Of a DNA stretch of 64,000 bases, positions 56,136 to 64,000 are shown one piece after another; the stretch's first letter is position 1; every line of letters begins with the position of its first letter. The notes beneath the pieces were generated by a model. It made no database searches and had not been told where the DNA came from. It saw only the letters and a program-made list of their open reading frames with translations. The DNA is from Alphaproteobacteria bacterium UBA6149 (GTDB lineage: Bacteria; Pseudomonadota; Alphaproteobacteria; Rickettsiales; UBA998). The DNA lies in the NCBI GenBank assembly GCA_002423155.1, contig DIUV01000045.1:3276-67275 (forward strand), written 5' to 3'. The position numbers and the translations under genes are program-made.

Positions 56136-57308
56136 ATGTTAGAAAAAAGCAAGGTTTCTGCGCTAATCGTTGCGGCAGGTAGTGGTAGTCGTTATGTTTC
56201 GACTACCCCAAAACAATATGAAAAATTGCGCGGAAAAACCGTATTATCTATGGTTATACAAACATTTATGAATCACCCCCAAATAGATGAGGTTTGGGTA
56301 GTTATTGGACAGGGGCATGCTGAATTATTTGCGCAAAATTTTAATGATTTGTCTGTAAAAACTGTGCAAGGTGGGGCAACGCGGCAAGATTCTGTGCGCT
56401 TAGGTCTATCGGCAATGCAACATTCAAGCACAGATTTTGTACTGGTGCATGATGCTGCGCGTGCTTTGGTAGATGCAGAGTTAATTAGTCGGGTGATTAA
56501 TCAACTGCAATTAGGTGCTGCGGCGGTAATTCCCGCTTTGCCAGTGGTGGATAGCTTAAAAAATACAAAAGACAATATATTAACTAATAATTTGCCTCGC
56601 GAGGGGGTAGTGGCAGCACAAACTCCTCAAGGATTTATCTTTGCGGAGTTATTATCGGCGCATCAACAAGCAAGTGCAGGGCATAATGATGATGCTTCTT
56701 TGATGGAAGAATTAGGAATAAAAGTACATTGGGTCATGGGTAGCCGCGCAAATATGAAATTAACTACACCAGAAGATAAGAAATTTATGGAAAATATATT
56801 GAATAGCTGGGAAACTCGCGTAGGGAATGGTTTTGATGTGCACCGCCTAGTTGCCTTTGCTGATGATGTTTTGCCCGTTGATAAATTTATTATGTTAGGG
56901 GGGGTGAAAATTCCTCATACGCATTATTTAGAAGGTCATTCTGATGCAGATGTAGTTTTACATGCGGTGGTGGATGCTATTCTAGGAACCATTGCTGCTG
57001 GAGATATAGGACAACATTTTCCTCCGAGCGATGCTAGCTTAAAGGGCATGGATTCCGCGCTATTTGTAGCTAAAGCATTGGAAATGCTAAAGAACAACGG
57101 AGGAGAAATTGTTAATTTAGATGTGACTATCATTGGTGAGAAACCAAAAATTTCTCCTTATGCAGCGCAAATAAAAAATCGTTTGGCAGAAATATTAGAA
57201 TGTAGTGCTGGACGAATTAATATTAAGGCTACCACCACTGAGCGATTAGGTTTTACAGGACGTGGTGAAGGATTAGCCGCGCAAGCGATTATTGCTTGCA
57301 AGTTTTAA
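56136..57308 (+). CDS. ispDF: Bifunctional MEP cytidylyltransferase / MEcPP synthase
   Basis: The N-terminal IspD part is ALIVAAGSGSRY. The C-terminal IspF part is GNGFDVHRL, GHSDADVVLHA, and the TTTERLGFTGRGEG pattern. This fusion is typical of Alphaproteobacteria. Confidence 0.92.
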   Translation: MLEKSKVSALIVAAGSGSRYVSTTPKQYEKLRGKTVLSMVIQTFMNHPQIDEVWVVIGQGHAELFAQNFNDLSVKTVQGGATRQDSVRLGLSAMQHSSTDFVLVHDAARALVDAELISRVINQLQLGAAAVIPALPVVDSLKNTKDNILTNNLPREGVVAAQTPQGFIFAELLSAHQQASAGHNDDASLMEELGIKVHWVMGSRANMKLTTPEDKKFMENILNSWETRVGNGFDVHRLVAFADDVLPVDKFIMLGGVKIPHTHYLEGHSDADVVLHAVVDAILGTIAAGDIGQHFPPSDASLKGMDSALFVAKALEMLKNNGGEIVNLDVTIIGEKPKISPYAAQIKNRLAEILECSAGRINIKATTTERLGFTGRGEGLAAQAIIACKF

Positions 57309-57341
57309 TATAGTAATTTCTAATTTTACTTACGTAAAAAT

Positions 57342-57414
57342 ACTTGAAATTGCTATAGGTTTGCGACCGCAAACCCGCGGCGCGTGCCCGTTAAGCCTTA
57401 GTAGCGACTGAACG
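57342..57414 (+). repeat. Family-C repeat (copy C3), upstream of pgpA
   Basis: acttgaaattgctatagg-[gtttgcg-acc-gcaaac hairpin]-ccgcggcgcgtgcccgttaagccttagtagcgactgaacg. Confidence 0.75.
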
Positions 57415-57433
57415 TCATAAATAGAGAAAATAG

Positions 57434-57904
57434 ATGCAAAAACATAAATTAAATAATTGGGATATTTGGTTAGTAACTTGGTTTGGTGCTGGCCTATCCC
57501 CTAAGGCTCCGGGAACTATGGGTAGTTTGGCAGGCTTGCCTTTTGCCGTGGGGATTTTTTATTTTGCTGGTTGGCAGGGGCTTTTATTGGCGGCTATATT
57601 GGTTACTATTTTAGGGGTTATGTGCTCGCATCATTATATGCAAAGAATTGGCAAAACTGAAGACCCACAAGAAATTGTTATAGACGAAGTGGCAGGTCTA
57701 TGGATTGCTTTACTGCCCATGCCTTTAGATGTTCCTCATTATATGCTGGCATTTTTGCTTTTTCGGCTGTTTGACATCACCAAACCCTCCTTTATTGGCT
57801 GGATTGACCGCGAGGTAAAAGGAGCAAATGGAGTAATGTTCGACGATGTCGCCGCAGGTATAGTTGCAGCAATCATTGGCTATGTGGTTACTATCTATTA
57901 TTAG
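57434..57904 (+). CDS. pgpA: Phosphatidylglycerophosphatase A
   Basis: APGTMGSLAGLPFA, IDEVAGLWIAL, FRLFDITKP, MFDDVAAG. Confidence 0.88.
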   Translation: MQKHKLNNWDIWLVTWFGAGLSPKAPGTMGSLAGLPFAVGIFYFAGWQGLLLAAILVTILGVMCSHHYMQRIGKTEDPQEIVIDEVAGLWIALLPMPLDVPHYMLAFLLFRLFDITKPSFIGWIDREVKGANGVMFDDVAAGIVAAIIGYVVTIYY

Positions 57905-57918
57905 ATTTTATAGTCTGG

Positions 57919-58074
57919 CTAAACAGCAGTCGCCATTTTGCTGATTTCTTGCTCCACCAAGCGTTCTACTGTTTGCGCAAGATTGGCTTCCATCCAGTCT
58001 TTTAGCATGGGTCGTAATAACTCCAGCATTATATCTTCTGCGGTAGCGCCAGAGCGTAAGATTGGAGTTTCCAT
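57919..58074 (-). CDS. Unannotated 51-codon ORF encoding a stand-alone PopZ C-terminal-domain paralogue
   Basis: My translation of the minus strand is METPILRSGATAEDIMLELLRPMLKDWMEANLAQTVERLVEQEISKMATAV*. The ATG starts 1 nt after the popZ stop (TAA-T-ATG). About half of roughly 42 aligned residues are identical to the popZ C-terminus (TTVEDLIIEFMRPMLQEWVNENLPQTVERIVKQEIRKLSESA). Confidence 0.6.
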   Translation of the reverse strand: METPILRSGATAEDIMLELLRPMLKDWMEANLAQTVERLVEQEISKMATAV

Positions 58075-58075
58075 A

Positions 58076-58897
58076 TTATGCACTTTCAGATAATTTACGA
58101 ATTTCTTGTTTAACTATACGTTCTACGGTTTGGGGGAGATTTTCATTTACCCATTCTTGCAGCATTGGGCGCATGAATTCGATGATTAAATCTTCCACCG
58201 TGGTGCTCGATACATTCGCATTTTTTTCCACTGGTTTAGGATGGCGATTCGCCGCTTTTTGTGCCAATGCCCGGAAGGCAGAAGTAGCACCACTGGCAGC
58301 ATTAGCCGAAAGTAGGCGATCAATATCACCCAATAATTCTGATTTTGAGGGTTGTTCAGCAGGTGTAGATGCTTCAATGCTGATTACATTATCTTCTATA
58401 ACTGAGCTGGACTTTTTATTATTCATATAATTATCAATTTGTTGCATGGAAGAAACTTCTAAAGTTTCCATTTCTAAAACCGCTTCATTAGAAGAATCAT
58501 CCGATATAGTGGAATCTTCATCAACATTATCATCATTGCTATTATTATTATTGCTCTGTGCAATTTCTACTTCTTCATTAGTATCAGCTACGATAGGATT
58601 ATTATCGTTAAAAGAAAAATCATTATCCGCAGCCGTTAGAATAGCAGTAGATAATACATCACTATTTTGAGATTGGTTATCTTGAGGTGGGGTGAAATCT
58701 TCAATTATATCTGATAGTTCCAATATATCTGCACTATCAGATTTAGTTGAAGCTTCAGCCACATCATCTTTTGAATCAGCTGCTTTTATTGGGGATGCAA
58801 TATTTGGGGTAGTTTCCTCATCGGCAATTATGCGTTTGATTGATTGGAGTATTTCCTCCATCGACTGATCTTGCGCCGCGCCATTACTGCTTGCCAT
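58076..58897 (-). CDS. popZ: Pole-organizing protein PopZ (DUF2497)
   Basis: The N-terminus (QDQSMEEILQSIKRIIADEE), the long acidic low-complexity middle, and the conserved C-terminus (VEDLIIEFMRPMLQEWVNENLPQTVERIVKQEIRKL) together mirror Caulobacter PopZ architecture. Confidence 0.85.
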   Translation of the reverse strand: MASSNGAAQDQSMEEILQSIKRIIADEETTPNIASPIKAADSKDDVAEASTKSDSADILELSDIIEDFTPPQDNQSQNSDVLSTAILTAADNDFSFNDNNPIVADTNEEVEIAQSNNNNSNDDNVDEDSTISDDSSNEAVLEMETLEVSSMQQIDNYMNNKKSSSVIEDNVISIEASTPAEQPSKSELLGDIDRLLSANAASGATSAFRALAQKAANRHPKPVEKNANVSSTTVEDLIIEFMRPMLQEWVNENLPQTVERIVKQEIRKLSESA

Positions 58898-58985
58898 AAT
58901 ACCTAACCCCTATAGTAGTTTTTGTGCAATGCATATAAAACCGCAAGTAACCGCAGAAGTAAAGCAAAAATATGCTTTTTATCAA

Positions 58986-59174
58986 GGCGATTTCCCCAAT
59001 CGTTAATTTTGTCTTTTTGTAATAAAACTCTCCATTGTCATGCAGCACGAAGAGCGGCATCCATGCCAAACCATGGGCTTATCCGCTAGTTGATAGGCAT
59101 GGATACCGTCCTACGACGGTATGACAAGAGATATTTTAGTGAAAAAATGTCAAATTAACGATTGGTGAAATCGC
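58986..59174. repeat. Family-B long-form nested palindromic element (copy B9)
   Basis: ggcgatttccccaatcgttaattttgtctttttg ... gtcaaattaacgattggtgaaatcgcc. It is nearly identical to B8. Confidence 0.85.
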
Positions 59175-59218
59175 CCTGTGCTTTTTATGCATTAGTTCCG
59201 CACTGGATATTATCTAAA

Positions 59219-60574
59219 TTAAAACCCAATAAATTGATATTTAACGCTATCATAATTTTCTTTAGGGTCATAAATTTCGGCTTTAATGCCTAAATTAGGT
59301 AAATTCATTCTGCCCATAGTTCCTAGCAGATTGAATATTGCCACGGCGCGGTCATGTTCAGCGCGGACTAATGAAACTTTGCTGGCAAATAATTCTTGTT
59401 CAGCATCCAAAACATCTAATACAGTTCTGGAACCATAAAGTTGTTCTTGTTTAACACCTTCAACCGCAATTTCGGCTGCCTTAATCGCATCTTTAGTTGA
59501 TTTTATGGATGCTATAGCGGTTTGCAGCCCTTCCCAAGCGCGGGACACGTTTTCTTTAGTAACATCACGTTGGGTGCTTAGCTCAAATTTTCTTTGGCTG
59601 GCGATTTGTTTGGCGGCACGCACGCGTGAATATTCAGCACCAGATTGATATAAGGGGATACGAAAATCTACTAATAAAGAATCAGTATCAAACTCATCCA
59701 CGCCTCTTACTCCAGCACCATCTTGTCTGCGCATACTGCCCACCAGAGATGCATTGGGTAAAATTTTTGCTATGGTTGCATCAGTTTGATCTTCGCTGGA
59801 TTTTTGACGAAAATCGGCTGATTTTAGATTAGGATTTTCTTTTAAAGCAATATTTTGTACTTCTTCTAAAGTTGCAGGAACCGCAGGAAAATCTTTGGGC
59901 ATAACTAGTTTTTCGGGCTTGTAACCAACCACTCGTTCAAAATGAGCGCGCGACGCTTCCAGATTACCCTTTGCTTGAATAGTGCTGGTTGCCGCATTAG
60001 AAGAGCGAGCTTCCGATTGTGCCACGTCTGTGCGAGTTACTTCTCCCACTGCAAAACGCTCGTTTGATGCATCTAGCTGTTTTTTAAGAACTATTTCGTT
60101 GTTTTTGCTCAATTCAAGTACTGCTTCATCTCTTACTACATCCAGATAAGCGGTTGCCGCTTCTTGTAATAAAGCTTGCTCAACATTTCTTAAATCTTCT
60201 CTGCCTGACAAAACCTGATTTTTGGCACTGGAAGTATTGGCAATAGTTTCGCCGCCATTAAAAAGCGGTTGTTGTAAGCTTAAACTTCTTATTTCCTCGT
60301 CACTTCTAGTACTGCTTGGTGCATTTCTATGGTCGTCATAGGTATTTTTTTGCCGACCTTTTTGGTAGCCAGCAGAAACATTGGGGAGCCAGCCAGATAA
60401 AGCTTGCGGCACACTCTCATCGGTTGCTTTTAGGGCTTCGCGCTGCGATTTAATGCGGGGATTGTTTTTATAAGTATTGGCTAATGCGTCAGAAAAGCTA
60501 TCCGCCAATGCGCTATTAACCAATGCAACGGAACAAATTCCTGAAAGAGTAATTATTTTAAGCTGTTTAAGCAT
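59219..60574 (-). CDS. tolC: TolC-family outer-membrane channel
   Basis: 451 aa with a signal peptide and duplicated TolC repeat patterns (LADSFSDALANTYKNNPRIKSQREAL, VTRTDVAQSEAR, RTVLDVLDAEQELF). Confidence 0.85.
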   Translation of the reverse strand: MLKQLKIITLSGICSVALVNSALADSFSDALANTYKNNPRIKSQREALKATDESVPQALSGWLPNVSAGYQKGRQKNTYDDHRNAPSSTRSDEEIRSLSLQQPLFNGGETIANTSSAKNQVLSGREDLRNVEQALLQEAATAYLDVVRDEAVLELSKNNEIVLKKQLDASNERFAVGEVTRTDVAQSEARSSNAATSTIQAKGNLEASRAHFERVVGYKPEKLVMPKDFPAVPATLEEVQNIALKENPNLKSADFRQKSSEDQTDATIAKILPNASLVGSMRRQDGAGVRGVDEFDTDSLLVDFRIPLYQSGAEYSRVRAAKQIASQRKFELSTQRDVTKENVSRAWEGLQTAIASIKSTKDAIKAAEIAVEGVKQEQLYGSRTVLDVLDAEQELFASKVSLVRAEHDRAVAIFNLLGTMGRMNLPNLGIKAEIYDPKENYDSVKYQFIGF

Positions 60575-60589
60575 TTTTGTTCTCTTTTT

Positions 60590-61273
60590 TTAAAAAGTAA
60601 ATTGGTTGTTATCGTAAAATCCCGGCAGCAAATGCGCAAAAGCATCAATTCCCATATTAATATTAGAGGCATCCCCATTTTGGGAAATAGAAAAATATCT
60701 GCCTAATCCTGCTTTTTCATCAATGCGGGAATTTTGGCTTTTGATGGTAACTAATCTGCCGTTTGGTTTTAGTTGTTTCATTAATTGTTCAGGAATTTCT
60801 TGTACTGCACCCTCTATTATTATCACATCATAATTTTGTGATGAATTGGGAAGATTATCCAGAATCTCTACATTTTTTAAATTAGCTTTTTGGAGATTCT
60901 TTCGAGCTATTTCAGCTAATTGAGGGGCAGGTTCAACCATAGCAACCGATTTGGCAATATGTGAACAAACCGCAGACGAATAACCAAGGCAACCACCAAT
61001 AATCAGCAGTTTTTCATCCATATTGATAGCGGCAAATTCTAAAAGACGCGCAAAAGTAAGCGGTTTTAACAAAAATCTTTGGAAGCCCAGCGGTATTTCT
61101 GCATCGCTATAGGCAGTGGTAGTGAATGCTGGGGGAACAAAATGCTCACGCTCGGTAAGTTCTATCGCTTTCAACACGGATTGACTCAACACATTGCAAG
61201 TTAGCAATTGTGATTTTTCCATCAAACAACGTGCAATTTCGTTGCTAGCGCAATCTGCCGCAGATATTTTCAT
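60590..61273 (-). CDS. pcm: Protein-L-isoaspartate O-methyltransferase family protein
   Basis: REHFVP, a SAM-binding region (LLIIGGCLGYSSAV), and IIIEGAV. The pcm-tolC adjacency is common in Alphaproteobacteria. Confidence 0.75.
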   Translation of the reverse strand: MKISAADCASNEIARCLMEKSQLLTCNVLSQSVLKAIELTEREHFVPPAFTTTAYSDAEIPLGFQRFLLKPLTFARLLEFAAINMDEKLLIIGGCLGYSSAVCSHIAKSVAMVEPAPQLAEIARKNLQKANLKNVEILDNLPNSSQNYDVIIIEGAVQEIPEQLMKQLKPNGRLVTIKSQNSRIDEKAGLGRYFSISQNGDASNINMGIDAFAHLLPGFYDNNQFTF

Positions 61274-61414
61274 ATAATATTCCAGAAAGTTTACTTTAAT
61301 CGCGACACATTAACCCTCATCAGCTTGTTTTGCAATTAAATGCAAGGAAAACTTGATGTTTTTCGCCAATATTTTTTTTAGTGCTTAATTATTGTCACGT
61401 AAATATAGTTAAAT

Positions 61415-61624
61415 TTAGGCGATTATGTCGGGATACAGAGATTTCTCCAATGAAAGTATCTGGTCACGCAGGACTAATTTTTCTTTTTTTAGTCTATGTA
61501 GGGCAAATTGATCATGCGCTAGGTTCTTTTTTTCTACTGCTTCAATTTCAGAATCTAATTTGCGGTGGCGAACTCTTAATGAATCTAAGCGTTTTAAGAT
61601 GGATATTTCGTCTTCATCAGTCAT
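61415..61624 (-). CDS. DUF465 (YdcH-like) small coiled-coil protein
   Basis: 69 aa. LDSLRVRHRKLDSEIEAVEK...LHRLKKEKLVLRDQILSLE fits the DUF465 pattern. Confidence 0.65.
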   Translation of the reverse strand: MTDEDEISILKRLDSLRVRHRKLDSEIEAVEKKNLAHDQFALHRLKKEKLVLRDQILSLEKSLYPDIIA

Positions 61625-61882
61625 GGTAAGTTGCTATAATGGTTGGTTTATTGTTACACGAAGCACCATTATAGCAAAAAAACAGCCTTATTGCATCTGC
61701 TAATTGTAGTTGATTAGTAAATAATCATCTATAATTAGCCGCAACAAACATACTGCCCAAAACTTTTTGTGCTTCTTCGTGATCTCTTATTGTCATCCTC
61801 GTCTTTCGCTCACTACTATCCAATTAAAAGCGCTTCCCCTTTAAAATCATACTAAATAAGAAGCATTATAAAATGCAACAAT

Positions 61883-63757
61883 CTATTTCTGAGCAATCCG
61901 ACTGGCAGGGAAACGCAGATAAATCCGTGCTACTTGGTTGCTAGAAACGCGAATTTCCATATTTCCTTGATGCAATGACACTAACATACGGGTTAAAGCT
62001 AGGCTTATACCCTCGGAACGTAATAGTAATTGGCTGTTTTCGGGCGTGAAGAACTGTTTAGTAAAGTCGCTTTTTTCTAATTCTGGATGGTAAGAATCCA
62101 CATCTTGCAATTGATATTTAAGCATTATTGCATATTCTGGCGCATTACTATCACCCGCTTCTATCTGACATTCCAACAATAGGGGCGTACCACTAGCTAA
62201 TTGCTGGGCGGCTCCTGATAATAAATTAAGCAATATCTGGTTAAAACGCTCTTGGTCAACAATCAGCGCGGGTAGATTCTCATCTACACGTAATTTTACC
62301 TCAATATGCTGGTTGCTAGGATTATCATGGAATATTCTTAAAGCACGATGTACCGCATAAGATAAATTAATCGGGCGGTCATCCAGGATAATTACCCCCT
62401 GCTCTAACTCGGATACTGCCATTATATCCAAAATCATATATTGTAATTGGGTGCTATTGCGGAAAATATCAAAAGCATATTTCAAATAAGTATCATTTCC
62501 CTGCCCCCCAAAATGCTGCTCTTTAATAACTTCCGCCGCATCTTGAATAGCACAAACGGGTTTATTTAATTCTTCCGCCAGCGATTGCAAAAACTTTGCC
62601 CGCGCACGCGAAACTAGCTGCATATTTTCTTTTAATTTTCCTAAACGCTTGTTCTTTTGCCGCATTTCATCTTCAACACAGGTGCGCTCATGCATATAAT
62701 CGCTCAATTTACTGATTTGCTCAGCTAATTGCTCTAGCTCTAAAGGTGCACCAGAAGGCAATTTGCTATAGGGCTCGCCGCGTACTACTTTGGCAGTGAT
62801 TTCGTTTAATTTTTCTACCGGGCTAATAACATGTTTGCGTACCATCCACAGCAAAATAAGCAAGAAAATTCCAATGGCTAAAACTTGCAAAAGTCGCGGA
62901 ATAATAAGGCTAGTTATTTCAGATACCACCCGCGCACCATCATAACCAATTAAAATTACATAGGGATAATGTTCAGATAATTTATAATTATAATAATCTT
63001 TATGCTTACCAAGTAATTCTGGAAGCGAAATTGTACCTGAAGGCTTCACATCAAAATCTACGCCAGTTAAAGCATCTATCGGCATGGTATTATTTTTGCG
63101 TGCATCCTCTGGGTCTTCAGTAAGTGGCGCTAATGTTTTACTTAATATTTTAAATTCAATATTTTGTTTGGAAAGATCTTTTTTTAATTCCTTGCTAAAA
63201 AGGTTCACGTCCATACTGAACATAATAATGCCCACATGCTTGCCCGTATAGTCGGTCATCCCCATGGCGATTGGCAAAACCCATTTTTCTGACACTCTCC
63301 CTAAAATTGGGCGACCTATTTGAATTTTCCACGGCTCGGATAAAGCTTTTTTTACATAATCTCTGTCGGATACATCAATAGATTTTTCTAAAAGCCCATT
63401 ACGGCTGGTGATAATGATTTTTTGATTATTATCAATCCATAACAACATATCCGCTTTACGAGATGAATCATCAAAAGAGCGCAATAAACGCGCAGTAGAA
63501 ACTACATCCTGCACACCAACTTGGCTGATTTGCCGCCCTAAAGATTCTAAAACAAAAGAAGCATTTTGAATTTCGATGATTAAGCTACGATCAATGCGAG
63601 TTGATTCATTGCTTAGCTGCGTAGTAATTTTTTGGGCATGCTCCTCATAAGCACGAAAAGACACCCACAGGGAAACCATCAGCAGGATTAAAACAATAAC
63701 CGCAGATAATAAAAAGAAATCCCGTGATAAGGATGGTTGAGTTCTAATACCCTTCAT
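61883..63757 (-). CDS. Sensor histidine-kinase-like protein with degenerate H-box and ATP-binding boxes (pseudo-kinase candidate)
   Basis: It has two TM helices flanking a periplasmic region of about 250 aa, a HAMP-like linker, and a DHp-like helix (AKFLQSLAEELNKPVCAI) with Glu (62573-62575) where the His is expected. The N-box reads LLNLLSGAAQ, lacking the Asn, and there is no clear DxGxG. Confidence 0.7.
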   Translation of the reverse strand: MKGIRTQPSLSRDFFLLSAVIVLILLMVSLWVSFRAYEEHAQKITTQLSNESTRIDRSLIIEIQNASFVLESLGRQISQVGVQDVVSTARLLRSFDDSSRKADMLLWIDNNQKIIITSRNGLLEKSIDVSDRDYVKKALSEPWKIQIGRPILGRVSEKWVLPIAMGMTDYTGKHVGIIMFSMDVNLFSKELKKDLSKQNIEFKILSKTLAPLTEDPEDARKNNTMPIDALTGVDFDVKPSGTISLPELLGKHKDYYNYKLSEHYPYVILIGYDGARVVSEITSLIIPRLLQVLAIGIFLLILLWMVRKHVISPVEKLNEITAKVVRGEPYSKLPSGAPLELEQLAEQISKLSDYMHERTCVEDEMRQKNKRLGKLKENMQLVSRARAKFLQSLAEELNKPVCAIQDAAEVIKEQHFGGQGNDTYLKYAFDIFRNSTQLQYMILDIMAVSELEQGVIILDDRPINLSYAVHRALRIFHDNPSNQHIEVKLRVDENLPALIVDQERFNQILLNLLSGAAQQLASGTPLLLECQIEAGDSNAPEYAIMLKYQLQDVDSYHPELEKSDFTKQFFTPENSQLLLRSEGISLALTRMLVSLHQGNMEIRVSSNQVARIYLRFPASRIAQK

Positions 63758-63854
63758 GCGTGCGTGCCAATAAATTCTATTTCTTACGTTACTATAATAT
63801 AGATATAGTAATATAGCTATATAGTTAAAGAATTATTAGAATTTATATAAAATT

Positions 63855-64000
63855 TTAAATTTCTCGGCTTTTACGCTTTTTACTAGCACGAATATTAAGT
63901 ATTTCTACCCCAATTGAGAATGCAAAGGCGAAATAAATATATCCACGCGGTATTTCATAATGTCCACCCTCGGCAAGTAACATTACGCCAATCAATAGAA
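63855..64000 (-). CDS. TerC-family membrane protein, C-terminal fragment (cut by window edge)
   Basis: The minus-strand translation is ...LLIGVMLLAEGGHYEIPRGYIYFAFAFSIGVEILNIRASKKRKSREI*. This pattern is typical of TerC/YegH-type C-termini. Confidence 0.55.
   Translation of the reverse strand, partial: LLIGVMLLAEGGHYEIPRGYIYFAFAFSIGVEILNIRASKKRKSREI

Noticed and set aside
61631-61677. A palindrome (ttgctataatggt ... accattatagcaa) containing a TGnTATAAT extended -10-like sequence on both strands, about 40 nt upstream of the DUF465 gene.
   Set aside because: It could be the DUF465 promoter, but the -10 match is a by-product of the palindrome and no convincing -35 exists. It could equally be a structural element downstream of the kinase-like gene. 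It is not supportable as a promoter call.

Overview
This is a chromosomal window from a moderately AT-rich bacterium that looks alphaproteobacterial. That call is an inference from the ispDF fusion, popZ, the pcm-tolC pair, a nifR3-type dusB, glnE, and a long-linker ftsZ ending in DIPAFLRRQ. The exact lineage cannot be determined from sequence alone, but the repeat load resembles Rickettsiales/Holosporales-like genomes. I support about 50 protein genes and 2 tRNAs.

Backbone genes: aspS (partial) with a rutE-like gene, pyrH-frr-uppS, glnE, bioC-bioD, nadK, ubiD, lipA, rpoZ, ddl-ftsQ-ftsA (with ftsZ displaced onto the other strand), efp, a suhB-like gene, dusB, ispDF, pgpA, popZ, tolC and pcm.

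Most interesting content:
1. A six-gene Pel-type exopolysaccharide locus at 42.3-51.2 kb (pelX-like epimerase, pelB-like, pelD, pelE, pelF, pelG). It has no pelA and no pelC, and it ends against the 3' end of tRNA-Gln.
2. Several c-di-GMP parts: a GGEEF cyclase, the PelD RxxD receptor, and a PilB/GspE-type ATPase with a near-textbook tandem MshEN motif. That ATPase is paired only with a PilC platform gene.
3. A single-polypeptide protein combining PD-ExK and NPPY methyltransferase motifs (type IIG/IIL-like), next to a solitary tRNA-Ile(GAU).
4. A surface-glycan cluster in which a poly-C(9) tract separates a signal peptide from its 525-codon body.
5. A 51-codon ORF missing from the ORF track, directly after popZ, encoding a stand-alone copy of the PopZ C-terminal domain.
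6. A sensor-kinase look-alike with the phospho-acceptor His replaced by Glu and degenerate ATP-binding boxes.
7. At least five families of long palindromic MITE-like repeats (about 17 copies). Two of them sit in frame inside bioC and bioD.

All coordinates and motif positions were counted by hand. No database searches were run.
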